DNA of 64,000 nucleotides from Lingula anatina (Eukaryota; Animalia; Brachiopoda): positions 36,400,401-36,464,400 of the forward strand of contig CM120641.1 in the NCBI GenBank assembly GCA_051362555.1, read 5' to 3'. Below the pieces are notes generated by a model. That model saw nothing but the letters and a program-made list of their open reading frames with translations, did no database searches and was not told where the DNA came from. The translations under genes were made by a program, and so were the position numbers. Shown in pieces: positions 1-13,473 of the stretch (position 1 is its first letter; each line of letters starts with the position of its first letter).

Positions 1-49
1 TTATTTAGATACAGTTTATTTATTTTTTTATGTTATATTGAACTTTCAG

Positions 50-769
50 CCAGTACAAAATTTTGTGAAGAATGGGCAAAGACCCTGACTAATGGAGAGC
101 AGAAAAGTGCTGTTTTTCTTAAACATGTGATGGATAGCTTTAAACTTAAGGTAAATCATATATGTACTTCTACGTTGGTATGACATTTGTGTTGATTTGA
201 CGTTTTGGAATTGGAAATAATTACCTCCGCCAAGGAGGTTGTTTTTAACCCGTTTGTTTGTTTGTCTGTCTGTCATCAACATAACTCAAAAAGTTATGGA
301 CCGATTTTGTTGATATTTTCAGGAACTGTCAGAAGTGGGCTAAGGAACAGATGATTAGTTTTTGGTGGTGATCCAGATCAAAAATCAATCAATAATCAAA
401 AATATCGAAAATTTAAGCTGAAACAGCATTGGATGGAGACTTTGCTGCCTTGGTGGAGGTCTGCACTCTCTGAGTGCTTTTCTAGTTAATGTTCTGTTTT
501 GCATTACTTTCTTACAACTTCATATATTAACTGAATAATCTAATGTACTAATACTCTACCCCAGGCTATCCAAGACATGAATTCATTGAAGAGGTTAATT
601 CAGCAGGCTGAAAATGATCACTATGCCCTGTATAGGTAAGATTCTTTTATTTTTTCTATTTGATTCTTTTCATTTTCAGTAAAAGTTTCTTTCCCCCCAT
701 ATTACACTATCATTACACTATCATCATGCATTTCCTTGTTTGCATTCCCATGGTATTTAAAGCTTCTCA

Positions 770-804
<35 letters not shown>

Positions 805-988
805 ATGTTTTGATTTTCTCTTTTACAGAGCCTATGTGTTCTTAAAGAACTGTGGCAATGGCAGGATCCTCCTGCACCATGCCAGTGTTGAGGACCACAC
901 AGTCACCTCCCCAGAGACCAGGGATGTCCTGGTTGCACTGCAGGAATTTATCAGTGAATCTGGAGGACTGGAACTGCTACAGACTTGA
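50..988 (+). CDS. C17orf75: Protein Njmu-R1 (C17orf75 homolog), last three coding exons; 5' part lies outside the window
   Basis: Exons 50-150, 565-635, 829-988 with AG/GT borders and matching phases translate to xSTKFCEEWAKTLTNGEQKSAVFLKHVMDSFKLK|AIQDMNSLKRLIQQAENDHYALYR|AYVFLKNCGNGRILLHHASVEDH...RDVLVALQEFISESGGLELLQT*. This resembles the human Njmu-R1 C-terminus as I recall it (FCEDW...FKLKAIQDTNNLKRFIRQAEMNHYALFKCYMFLKNCGSG). TGA at 986-988. Confidence 0.88.
221..487 (+). mobile_element. Non-autonomous Helentron/HINE (DINE-1-like) element in a Njmu-R1 intron
   Basis: Subterminal inverted repeat ACCTCCGCCAAGG (223-235) / CCTTGGTGGAGGT (448-460), 1 mismatch; 5' hairpin ACCTCC-GCCAA-GGAGGT; internal (GTTT/GTCT)n tract near 252-274; 3' hairpin GCACTC-TCT-GAGTGC (463-477); ends in TTTTCTAGTT; TT at both ends. 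Confidence 0.75.
772..802. repeat. poly(T) tract
   Basis: About 31 consecutive T in the last Njmu-R1 intron. Confidence 0.9.
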
Positions 989-1857
989 AACAGTGCACTG
1001 AACTGTTCTTTGGTGAAATGTTTGGAATATTTGATCGCAATAATTGATCTTAGGGTGTTCTTAAGTTCATCTATTTGATGTGAAAGCAGCAGAATTTGTT
1101 AAATGTGAAATTGCAAACAAGGGAGAGGAACATATTTCTCTTAAAAAATATTGGGCAGCTTGGGTTGCTAATTCTTGACATTCCTTGAGTAAGGATCAAT
1201 AACAATAACATTCCAGCTACTTTGACTTTGTTCAAAGAAAAGAAAAAGAACACCAGTTTTGTCACAGATATGTGTTGGTATAAATGAACATTGTTCATTT
1301 AAATTGTACTATTTATTAAAAATTTCCCCAGTTGCTGAACGCAGGCAATGCTGAAGTTTCAGAAGTTCAAGGAATGCATTTTCAGTCCTTTTGGTACTAG
1401 TCAGTAGTGGTTTTCAAGTTTTGATTTCAAATAATATAAAACCTGTGTCACTATGTTTGGTGCTTGTGGGATATATCTTTTTTTTTTTTTTGACACTGGT
1501 CGATGATGTTTAGTTTCAAGCAGCCAAACTTGTTCACACAACTTTATACGTACTTATTCAGGTGAAATTTTGTTCAGTGCTGTAATTACTGTTGTGCTAT
1601 ATAATATCCAATTATTTATGAAGTCGGATCAATTCCAGTTATGGCTGCCTGAAGTAAAAGTATAGATGGACAATACAGTTATCAACATTTCATCAATTAA
1701 TGTGTGAAAAGTACTGCATAAGCTACAAAGCTAATTTCAGATTTAAAAAATTTTTTTTGCAATTTCGATTGCTAGAATTGAAAGAAAAAATTACCAAAGC
1801 ACTTGGTACATGGGTGTTCATTAATATCAAGAAATGCAAGTGGATTTAGTTAAAAAC

Positions 1858-1863
1858 TTTATT
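1858..1863 (-). terminator. Probable polyadenylation signal (AATAAA) of Lgl
   Basis: TTTATT on + = AATAAA on -, about 1.05 kb past the Lgl stop at 2918; T-rich sequence follows on -. Confidence 0.5.
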
Positions 1864-2917
1864 AGCCATTTGTTCACATCACTAAAAACAATTTGATATC
1901 ATAATTCATTAAGATGTGCATGTCAGTAAATGTTTTTGTCATCCGTTTCTAATGAAATGAACAAATTTACCAATTAAGTTGTACAGCTACATTCAAAAGC
2001 AATGAAAAAATGGAAGGCACATATGCAATATATCACAAAATAAAATTCTAGATACCCCATTACTACATCTGTCGTTACTGACTATACCAGTTAAAACACC
2101 ACTAAAATCCTGCTAACATGGCAAATTGACAAAGAAAATAACAAATACTATACACAGATTTGTGGAGAAATGGTAAAAGTCTGCATTTGTTTTACTTCCT
2201 AGGAAGAAATTGCAGATGTTGACCTCCGTTTTAACATCAAGATACCACTACACCAGTCGACCGATTTTCAATACAGAACGAACACTTTACAGGGTAACAT
2301 CAACAATGTCTTTCCTTTGCCATGATTTAATCCAATTTATACAGAACATATACATTTGTAAAACTTACTTTATAAGAGACCCAACAGATAAACAAGCACA
2401 ACCTTTTTATTATTATTATGACATTTAAAGTTGGTGAAACAAAAGTAAGGCAAGTAGTGCACACATTATTACTGTATACATCTGTACAATTCTATCTAGC
2501 ATTTAAGTATACAGTTTAAAAAAACTTCCTCAGTCTATCAACCACATTTATAAATGAAAGTTTGATCTCAGAATGAACTGTTTGGATATATGGAACCATT
2601 TCTAGTCTGCTTGTAGCAAAGTCCTCGAAAAATTCAAAAGCATTTCTATATCTGGCCAACCTAATTTTCTGAGTGCTTCACGATACTACCAAGTCATTTG
2701 TGCATTGTCTAGCTAAAGCTTAGGCACAAACTTTGTCACTCTTTTAGCACACATAACCAGCTAGTTTTAAGCTGAAGCATCGACAAAATGAGCACTTTGA
2801 AGATAAAAAGTTTGCAAAAAAAATTGTGGTCCTTCAAGGCAGTTCCTCGTGGTTCTGGTTCTTGCAGACGGAATCTCCCATCTTGTTGTTATGGCAGAGA
2901 TTATCTCTGTACACTGC

Positions 2918-5900
2918 TCACTCATCTCCTGGTTCACGAATCTTGAGCTCCTCTAGTTGCTCTGTGGAATCGGTTACATCACTACTCTGAAAGAGTTCAA
3001 GCAACACAAAAAAATTTAGACTAACATTTTAAACAGCAAAAATGTTCAAAGATGACAATGCTATTCTTATAATAAGAGTGCCCTCAACAAAAGTTTTATA
3101 AAAATATTTCTTTCATTCAATTAAAAGGTCTTGAAACAAACAATTTACATTTGTTCATTTGAATGAACAGCGCATATTCAAGAGACAAACATATCATGCT
3201 GGAACATGGGGAGTTTATAGTCATGCTCTTCTTTTTGGATCTACATCTATTCCATGCCATGTTTTATCTCCATTTTTCTCACTTTGAACTTTTTTTCTTT
3301 TTTTTTTTTTTGTGTATATAAGAACATTCAAACATTCAAGAGTGAGGAAACATGATATTTTTATGCAGTACAAGTGAAGTTTATAAGGTGACCCTGACTA
3401 TAAAACAGCTGAGAGTCACCCCACACAACTGTTTTCAAATTGTTGCAAGTCATGCAGCCATGAGAAGTGCCACAATATCAGCCCATTCTTTCATCAACAT
3501 GACACCCTGGTATAGGTAAATATTATATTTTTGTGATAAAGCACATTCTCTACAATGTTATCATTATTTTAAGTGATGGTTAAAGACTGGCAAATTAATT
3601 GATAAACAGCCAGTGTGAGGTGAGACTTTAGTGCAGACAGTGGCCAATATATCCCAATGATTTCAATGAGAATATTCCACCCCACTCCCCACATTTTATT
3701 GGGATATAATTAGGATTACGTTTCCCTCAAAGCTTTAAGACTGTTTTCTACCAAGCAGGAGTTAGTTCTAAAATTTTATAGTCACCATGCAATTTAGCTG
3801 TTAGAATTTTACAAATAGCTAGTAACAATTGCCATGAAATTGTTATCGCTACAAAAATATACTGGGAAGGTCTAAACTCCAAGCCTACGTCTACTGATAC
3901 CACTGTCAGCTAGTCTACAACGTCAAGCAAGGGTGTGTCACTGTTGAAAGAATGAGATATCATGGTACTTATCTGACCTCTTCAGTGACCTGAGCGGCTT
4001 TTGTGTCATCATCCGCGTTTACACCTGTTGCTGTGGGGAGGGGAAATAAATGATGGTAACAGTAATAATAATGTCAATAATATAAATAATAATAAGCCAG
4101 AGTTATTACAGTATTAGAAAGCCCTGTTCTAGGTCTAACCTGACTAATCCTTAACCCAGATTCAAGTTCTCGCCACGCTTAATTTGTATCACTTCAAAAA
4201 TAGCCCAAAATAATAGCGAAATACTGAATTCATAGAAAGATTAAGTTATTATAGTGCAGAATGTCAAACATGGTAAACAACTCCGAGTAAGATGTCTCAC
4301 GTTTAAACAGTTCATGCAGAGAAAACACCATCAACAGGTACTATACAGAACACAAATTCCTAGGACCATGTTTGACATCTTTTCAAGAACAGATAACACA
4401 AAGTACATTCAATCAAAAACAAGAGTAGAAAATGCCCTCTATTTGTAAGTTGTTTCTTCCATCTAAATGGCAGTAAAGGGGAATCCCAAGGACTAAATGT
4501 AAAAGACACACCACATAATTTTGAATTTCTGATATGCCATACATTTACTACTAGCTAATGATGGTCATGTTTCATCATCATCATTAGCTGGTTCCTCGTC
4601 TGGTGGGGTGACTGAGAGCACAGGGACTGACCAATGGCCATCCTTATTGCTGGCTGCAGGGAGGGTAAGAATATCACTTTTATATCATTATTCACCTGAC
4701 CGCCATGTTATGTCTTCCTTTAACTTTTTATTTACTTTTTAATACATAACCACCATGTAACCACTCTGTAACCATGTTCAATACTCAAACATGTCTTCCT
4801 TTTATAATACTATACAGGAAAAGAGAGAAATTACTTAGAAAAAATCATCATGCCCTTTCACAATGATATATATAAATTGGTGTTACAGTCACTCAAGAAC
4901 TGAGAAAAAATAAAATTTCAGAGAATACGCATTCACTTAAAAATCACTGAAAGCAACTGACTTAAAAGTATGTTATGAGTGCTAAGATATAAACCAACTT
5001 AAAAAAAAAAAAATTTTGAGGCAGTTGACACCTCCAAAGCTCACCTGCCGCTTCTGTGACTGGGGCCCCAGAATCTGTAGTCTGCTCTCTGGAAAAAAAA
5101 AAAATTTAACAATCACAAATCTGCAGCCAATTCAATTTTCATTTCATGTTCACTTATCATAAAGACACATCACACAAAACATCACACACAGTGGTCAACG
5201 AAAATTTGCAGTAATGACACACAGACACTACTGCACTCATTTATAGCTATACTACTTACTGTCAGTGTTTCTAAATATTGAGCTACCATTCTATCATTCT
5301 TCCTACAATGAATACTTACGTAAAGTCTTTGATACTGTCAACAGTGATATCTGCAGAGCAATCAGCTGATGTTTCTAATGTTTCTGTCACAGTAGTTGTG
5401 GTGACTTTGGTGACACCACCACTCTCTGTTACAGTCTCCTCTGTGGTGGTTTCGGTTATCTTGATAGTAGCTGGTGCATCGCCACCCTCGGCTGGTGCAT
5501 CACCACTATACAGCAACCAAAGAAGGTGGGAGTTAGTCACACAAAAATTAAACACGCAGGGAAAATGTAAACTAATCATCAAGGCTAAAAGTAAAACTAG
5601 CAAACCTATATTTAGTACTTACCCCATGAGATAAAAATCAATAAAATTGATTTCCTTGCCATGGTTTTAAATAGAAGCTTACTAAACTACTACTTGACAC
5701 TCCAGATTTAGATCATAACAACATGATCATTTTTGACATGCCTTTCCTTGGAAAAACTACAGATATTTTCCAATATGACGGACAAAGAGGACCGATTTAA
5801 ATAAATGTATGTAAGACAAAGAAAAAACACTCACCCTTCTTGCTGCTCTGTGATGGCAGCAGCACCTTCTCCCTCTGCCTCAGCAGGAGCTGCAGCTTCG

Positions 5901-8900
5901 GGTTCTGCCTCTGCCACGGGTTCTGGTTCGGGTTCTGGCTCAGGCTCTGGTTCAACAAGAGCTGGTCTGACGCCATCCTGTAACTCCACTGCACACATGG
6001 GCTCTGTGCTCTCGCGGGCTGACAGAGTAAAACGGATGTACTCTGATGGGGAGCCCAAGTAGAACCCTTCACCCTTCTTGGAGAAGACACATGACTGGAT
6101 TGCACTGAAAACAAAAGGGAGTTGTTAAGTTATGTTTACATTTTAATAAAGAATGTTTTTTCTACTGATTAATGGCTGCTGGCGACTGTGTCATAGGAAA
6201 TTTTTTACGCAGTTTCCAGAATTATACAACTGGTACATCTTCAAATTTCATAATATCAAATGTGAAGTTTTCACAAATACAATGCAGGAAGCAAAGGGGA
6301 AATTCTTTACTTACTTGATGTCTTCTTTTCGCATAGCATTAGCTTTCAGTTGCCTCCTTAGATTTGGAATTGTGTAGATACCAAACTCTCCCTGGTTGGT
6401 CAGACATACAATATTGTTTTCACTGTAATTCTCATCTGAAAAAAAAAAAAAAAAAATAGAAAATACATGTGTGACATAGTCTGGATTTTTTCACTTGTAC
6501 TGATGGTCTATGTGCATACATGCATGTACACAGACTAAGGAAACTTTATTAGATCCATTTAAGCCAGCTGATCATTCAGGATTAGAGTATCTTTCAAACA
6601 TTGAACCAAAAGTTCAACCAAGTGGGAATGTTCCATAAAAGTAAATACTAAAATCAAGTGAATTTAAAACTGAATGATTTGGCACAATTATATTCCAGAG
6701 CAGTACATTTCCTTACCACTTCTGCTCCTGAAGTTGATGTATCCCACTTTACGCACTCTGCTTCCTTCATGTGCTGTGACTTTTTCCTTGCCCAAGGCTT
6801 TCAACTGGGGCAGACTAAATAGCTGAAAACATAAACACAACAAATAAGATCTTTGCAAAAAAATCTCAATAACCATTATCAAATTCATATATTATACCTA
6901 AAACTAGTGGGATGTAGACATTTCCACTGGTTTCCTTTAAGAAATGAATTCAATTTCACAGTTTTTACAATTATGAGCAAAATCTTAAATGATATTCTGT
7001 TTACCTTGAACTGTTCCTCAGATGCTATGACCAACTGATGATTGCCATTCATGTCTGGGGCCTTGGCGCGCTCATGCTGTACCTCCAGGGGCTCTGGGAG
7101 GGGGTTTGCATGGCGGTCAATCACACAAATGGACAGCACAGGGGCTCTGTGTTTCAAGTGAATTTCTTTGGCTAAAAAAATTAATTGAATATGAAATAAC
7201 AATACAATATCTGCCTCAATCTTTAGTTAAAAGAGCACAATTTATTAAGCATGTTCTATAAAGGACTCTACCTAACAAAGTCATAGAATTATTTCATCAA
7301 ATAACACTCATGTTATATAAATTTACAATCAATTTCATTTGTGAAGTTATCATTTATTAAACATGTTCTATAAAGGACTCTTCCTAACAAAATCAAAATT
7401 ATTTCATCAAATAACACTCATGTTATATAAATTTACAACCAATTTCATTGTGAAGTTATCACTGATATCAGTTGCTACTCCATTCTTACCTAGAGTAGAT
7501 GATACTGCTTCAGAATCCCTCTTATCATTGGCAGGGATGGTTACCATGTAGACAAAGATTGTGCCATTGTTTGTACCTGCCCACAGTGTTGGAGTGTGGG
7601 TTGTAGCTAAAAATCATGAAAATATTCACATAAAAATCAGAAATAAAATAATATCCCTTCTTGAAAGTGTAAATAATGCAAGTGGGAATTAGCAAATAAT
7701 CCATTTTCAAGATATGCTCGTCTTTCAAGGCTTTCAACTGTGTGATTTTTAACAATTACATCAGGCTCCTAATCAGACTACAGTCATTAAAAAAATTAAA
7801 TAAACAAAAGTAAAAACATACGTGTGATAAGGAAAGTATCAGCAAAGTAGAGGCATCGAACCATAGACCCTGCTGTGTCGTCAACAGGTCTTGCTTCAAT
7901 CTGCCTCTCCACTGGTTTGGGCTCCTCTGGGGCAGCAGCGGCAGCTGGTGGAGCAGGGGCAGCAGCAGCAGCTCCCTCTGTGGCTGGGGCCGTCTCTGCA
8001 GCAGGAGCTGGAGCATCTAGGTCTGTAGTTGGTTGTGGACTGTAATACAGACCAAAACATTTCTTCTAACAATACCAAACATCAATGAAAAGTGATTCTT
8101 TTTTAAATGAAAATCCAAATACACTCAAAATACTTAAACAGAAAAGTTAACAGAACACTGAATGCATTCAACTCACCTCTGCTCTTTCTTCTCCTCTGGT
8201 TTTGCTTTTTCAGGGGATGCCTTTGGCTCCTTCTTGTTGCGGCCTTTGCGTAGCCGGCGGAATGATTCACGCAGTGACTTCTTGAAAGACTTGCGTCTTG
8301 ACATGGCACTCTCACCTGTGCCTGTTAAATCTGAAAATACATTCAAACTAAATTAAATTTTGCTCCATCAATATCTACGTTAAATACATGGCTCTCTGTA
8401 TAGTATTGGACATTTCTTTAAATCTTAGGTCTGGACTATAGACAAAATGCTATCTTAATTAGAAATCTTAGTAATGAATTTAAATCTGACAATGAATAAT
8501 TTGTTAATTACTGGGAATTGAACAGGAAACTGTTATGTATAGCTATACTAGTAAAATATTATCAGAATTTTAATTGGGACAGATTAATTTAAACTTTGTA
8601 TGACAAATGCTCAAATAACATATTGCACAAAAGGAAATCTGAAATATTCAACAACAGGAGTTCATGCTCTACATTTTGACAGCAAAAAATCATTCAAGAT
8701 ATCTGTAGCAGGGAGAACAACTGATCATCAATAACTTTTTTTTTTAATTTTTAATGAAAATTTGGTAAAACACGTCTTAAAAACTCACCATGTGGATTTA
8801 GTGTGCACTTAGATACAACTTCTTTTTTCTGTGCATAATCAAATAAACCAAATCCATGAGCAGTACCAGCTGTGACCCTGTAAAGAAAATTAAACATTCA

Positions 8901-11900
8901 CATTATTTTCAGTTTAATAACCAACCTCACTTGATACTTGAACTTTTAGTTTTCCTGAATAATTGCTTAGGTTGCATCTATACCTTTTTGTACATTGGCT
9001 GGTTTAAAATGCATAATTCTAATTTGTCAATAACTGCTCTGACAATTTACATAATTATTATACACTTGGTCTCTGGCATCTGAAAGTTTTGATACTTACA
9101 ACTGCCACTCTGAGTGCAGAGCCAGGGCAGTGCATGCAGCAGGGGGCCACATCTGCATCACACAAGATGGCTGAAATCCTGCAGCAAACTTGTTATCCCC
9201 TTCCTTCACCTGCAATGCATCATGGCCCTTCCACACAAAATTGTCCCTGTCACTGACTATGTTCACGGTGACAGCCTTCACCTCGGTTTCCCTCTCTTCA
9301 CGCTCCATCTGCATGAGGATCACCTGACCCGCTGTCCCAGCGACCACCAGTGTCTCACTGAGAGGACACATCACTATGCGCTGGATGCCCAAACGAGGAT
9401 CATCACTGTACGGGTCGAAACAACCAACCTGTGAACAAAAGGTAAATTTTAAGCATTTCAGTGGCTTTAAAACTCACTATACTTCTACATGATTTAACAC
9501 TTATCTTACAGATAAATGAGTGTTCTCAATTTCAACACACACACCCACACCCAAACACACTTCAGCTTGAGAAATTGTACATGTAAAAGAATAATCTTGA
9601 GCTGGACACAGGGGGAAAACTGACCTTTCTAAAAGGTGGCCATTCCTCCTCTCCATCTGCAGCAGACTGGTCCGCTTGACTGACATCTCCTCCAAACACC
9701 TGGGTGGTGCTCATCTTGTACATCAGAGACATGGAGGAGGTGGACGCGTCCCAGAAACGCACCGTTCCATCTTCATGCCTGAGTGCATCAGAATGAAAAT
9801 ATAAGCAAATAAATTACATGGCTTTCATTTCTTTATAAATAATCCAAACTTTAGTATGATTTTATGCTATCCATCATTTCAATTTCTGAAAGTTTTAATA
9901 TGCTAAAATGTTCTTTGTCAGTTTATTTTAAACTGCCAAATAAAAGTATTTCGTTTCTTACCCAGTAAGCAGCAAGTCTCTTGTCAGAGAAGAATCCTCT
10001 GCCAGGTTCTTACCACCTCCAATTGGCCAATCCTAAAAACAAGAACAACTTGACCATTAGGGAGCACCTGTAAGTGTTCATCTTCAATATTTGAAATCAA
10101 ATTTTTCCACATATTAATTAATAATGTATTTACAGTAATTAACTGACGTTGAACAGGAATATGTGCAATGGAAGTTGTTGAAGCCAAAATTAAGAAAAAA
10201 TTTGCATAAAAAACCTACCCTTGATGACAGGTTGGTCAGCTGTTGTTTCCCTGCATCAGCAATCTTGTTCCAGAGAGCCTCTGGCATATCAGTGACCACC
10301 TGTGAGCAAGTGATGGCAGACGAGTGCAGGCTGGACAGGTAAGGTTGTTTGAAGGTGGGCCAGCCCTCAGACTGCAGGTCTACCAAGACGATCTCTTCTT
10401 CAGCAAGCACCACCAGGGTGTGGGGGTCGTCATATTCTGGAGTCGCAAAGAGGATCATTTTGTTATATTTCACATAGTAAATACAGCAATTGTGGTAAAT
10501 ACTTTCTGAATTTATTTATTTTTTAATCATGAATATATTCAAAACAGATTATACACAGATCTCCATCTCACATTTGTTGTACTTTTTACAGAAAAGTATC
10601 ATAAACTTTATTCTTAAAAATAATAATAAAGTTCTTAACACAGTTTTGGTTAACATCCAAAATATAATTCAAGTATATAAGGACAATCCAATATCTTGCG
10701 CTACAAAATTAGTCACTAACCCCCCTTTACCATATATTCAAGCAACCAAACCTACCTGGCTTGTCCTCTGTGTCATCAGCACGCTCATCTCCGCAGCTGA
10801 GGACAGTAAAGTCAATCACTTTGGAGGTAAAGTCAAACACCACATGATTGGTCCCTTGCATGACACTGACTGTGTGACGGTCCCCATAGCTGGCACGGGG
10901 CATCCCACCAGAGAAAATGATGAAATTGTCTCTGTAATGGAAATTATTCAAAAATTACACCTTTGAGCCAAAGCCATCACTTACTGATCAGATCAGCTGT
11001 CAAACAATTTGAAATCTTGCCTTTGCACTGAAAAGTAAATTGCTGAGGCTACAGGCATCTTGCTGTTTTCAGAACCATGGAGTCTGTGAAGATTAGATCC
11101 TGTGACTGAGTGACAACCACAGTAAGCGACATGTGGCATGACAACAGGGCAGATGAGGTTGTCGATTTACAGAAATCAATATCTAAGGCAAGAAAAAAAT
11201 TTTTAATTGGATGGCACAGGGAAAAATCAAATTATTTCTTCACTGAATAACTTCCATCCCATTTTTCTTTTATTAGACTAAAAAAAATCAACTCAATTGG
11301 AACTGTCTAGACTAGGGTTACCAATTTTTTGACTGAAATTTCAATCAATGCTGATGTACGTGTATGAGCAATCATAAACAGTTTCATTAGAAAAAAAGCA
11401 CTTATCTAGATGGAATAACCCCTATGGTTAAATATTAGAATGATCCAGACACACTGCAGAAAAGCTGCATGCCTGTGATATCCTAATCTCCAGAATCACA
11501 CGCAAGAGCACATAACCCTGTGAAATTTCCAAGACTCAAAAGCTTTGTTAATTATCAGCCACTGATGCAATAATAAAGTAATCCTATCTGTAAACTCATC
11601 TTCATTCACAAATTAACTGCTTCACAATATCAAATTCCTCAAGTCAGACGAGGGCAAGTAGAGACTGAGAGAAGATTATATGCTGAAGATGCACACTGAA
11701 GAACCCAGCCAATACAAAGGAATAAAAAAACTCCATACATATAATTGCAGAGAATCCCCACTGTCCATGGGACAATGCCAAAAGGCACTGTGGTTAGTAG
11801 ACGCATGCCTTCCCTTTATATTTCAAACTGATCTGCGTTTTACAACAAAGAGAGCATTTTGGTGTACAATTTCTCACATGAGATAAAGGCATGAGTGTGA

Positions 11901-13420
11901 AGGAAAGCAAAATATGAACTTTATCAATGGAGGTCAGCAGCACCAACGATATCGCAGTCTCACAATCAAAATTCCATTATTCATGAAGTTTCTTTTGTGT
12001 GGAGCTGCAAGTTTAACTAAGGACAGAACTACTGATTGGTTCACAGTTTCCAATACACTTTCCCCTTCAGATAAAGCCAAATCTTTAAGTAGGAAATGGG
12101 TTTGCTAATAAAAAAATTCTAATCAGATTCTTAAATAGTTTTTGAACAAACTCCTTTCATTGACTCTACCAGTGTTTCCCTCAAGTACTTCGATTAACTG
12201 AGTGTCAGGTTTGTGTGAATATGATAAACATTCAACCGAAAGGCAACTTAAGGAAGCAAAATAAGTTTAAAAATCTGTAATTCTTTTGGGAATTACTTAC
12301 GCTTTGGCTTTTTTCCATTGGATCTTGTTGACAGCTTTGCATGGAAAAGGTCCTGAAATACCCAAAACAAAAATGAGTTATACATGTACCGAGACAACAA
12401 ATGCAAAGAATATGTATTACACCAACACATAATTTATTGTGGATTTAAGTAATTATTTAAACAGGAAAAATATGTGTAACTGTAAAACACCTTTCACAGT
12501 GGTTAGGTAGTTTCCTATTTCTCTACAACTATCAAAATAAAATAAACATTAAACTAATGGAGTTCATCATCTTAAAATAATATTCCACAGCAACATCAAC
12601 GATAACATTACAACAGCAATGTTCATTCAAAGTTAACAAACTACAGTGCCCCACAAAAATTGTTATCTTCCCAATTCAATATAATGTCTGCCCTAGTTAT
12701 TTATCCATTCCCCTCAGGCAATGACCTGGAAACCATTCAGAGTTCTGCTTCAGGACACAGTCTCATATGGTTAGAAAGCACCAGTCACAGCACCTACCAT
12801 ATGGTGTAGTGGCCTGCTCCTTTGGTTTGGTGGAGTCATCTGTTCCCCAAATAATGTAGCTGCCATCAGCATGCGCACTCATGAAGGTCGCCCCATCACG
12901 GTTCCAAGCAACAGACTCCAATTGCTTCAATAGAAATGGGTTATTTCAAAGCATTTCATATCCTCATTTAACATTCATCGGGGATTCAAGAAAATATTTA
13001 AGCCTATTTGTAGAAGGGGATCATTCCTATCTTATGTATGCCACTGTGTTCATACTTATACTGAAAACCCTAATACTGCTAAGAATCAGCAACAGCAATT
13101 TTATTAATCAAAGCCTTGAAAATGAATTAATGTAACAATTATGCATCAATTCGAAAAATGTCTGAGAGACCTTGGCCCTAATCATCCCAAAGTATAAAAT
13201 GTCCATTTATTACTTCAAAAAAACTGAAACAAATGCCACTTTGCTTTTTGATGAACAGCCAAAAATAGTACAATTTATGTGGGGGTTTTGAGTCACTTAG
13301 AAAACTCTTAGCTAAAACAATATTTCAGTATACCAAGCAACACCATACTCCCATTCCCACAAAAGGCCTGCTCACAAGGGGAAGTTATTCAAACCAGATA
13401 TAGACAACTGGGATCACTAG

Positions 13421-13473
<53 letters not shown>

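Noticed and set aside
2834-2917. 27 open codons after the Lgl TGA (possible stop-codon readthrough or Sec extension)
   Set aside because: The context is TGA-G rather than the leaky TGA-C, the length is within chance expectation, and no SECIS was recognised.
5278-6062. Plus-strand ORFs 5278..5634 and 5805..6062 (V/S-rich, GS-repeat)
   Set aside because: Antisense shadows of low-complexity Lgl exons.
7726-7740. 15-nt match (caaggctttcaactg) between an intron and Lgl exon 6717-6822
   Set aside because: Isolated short match with no extension; compatible with chance.
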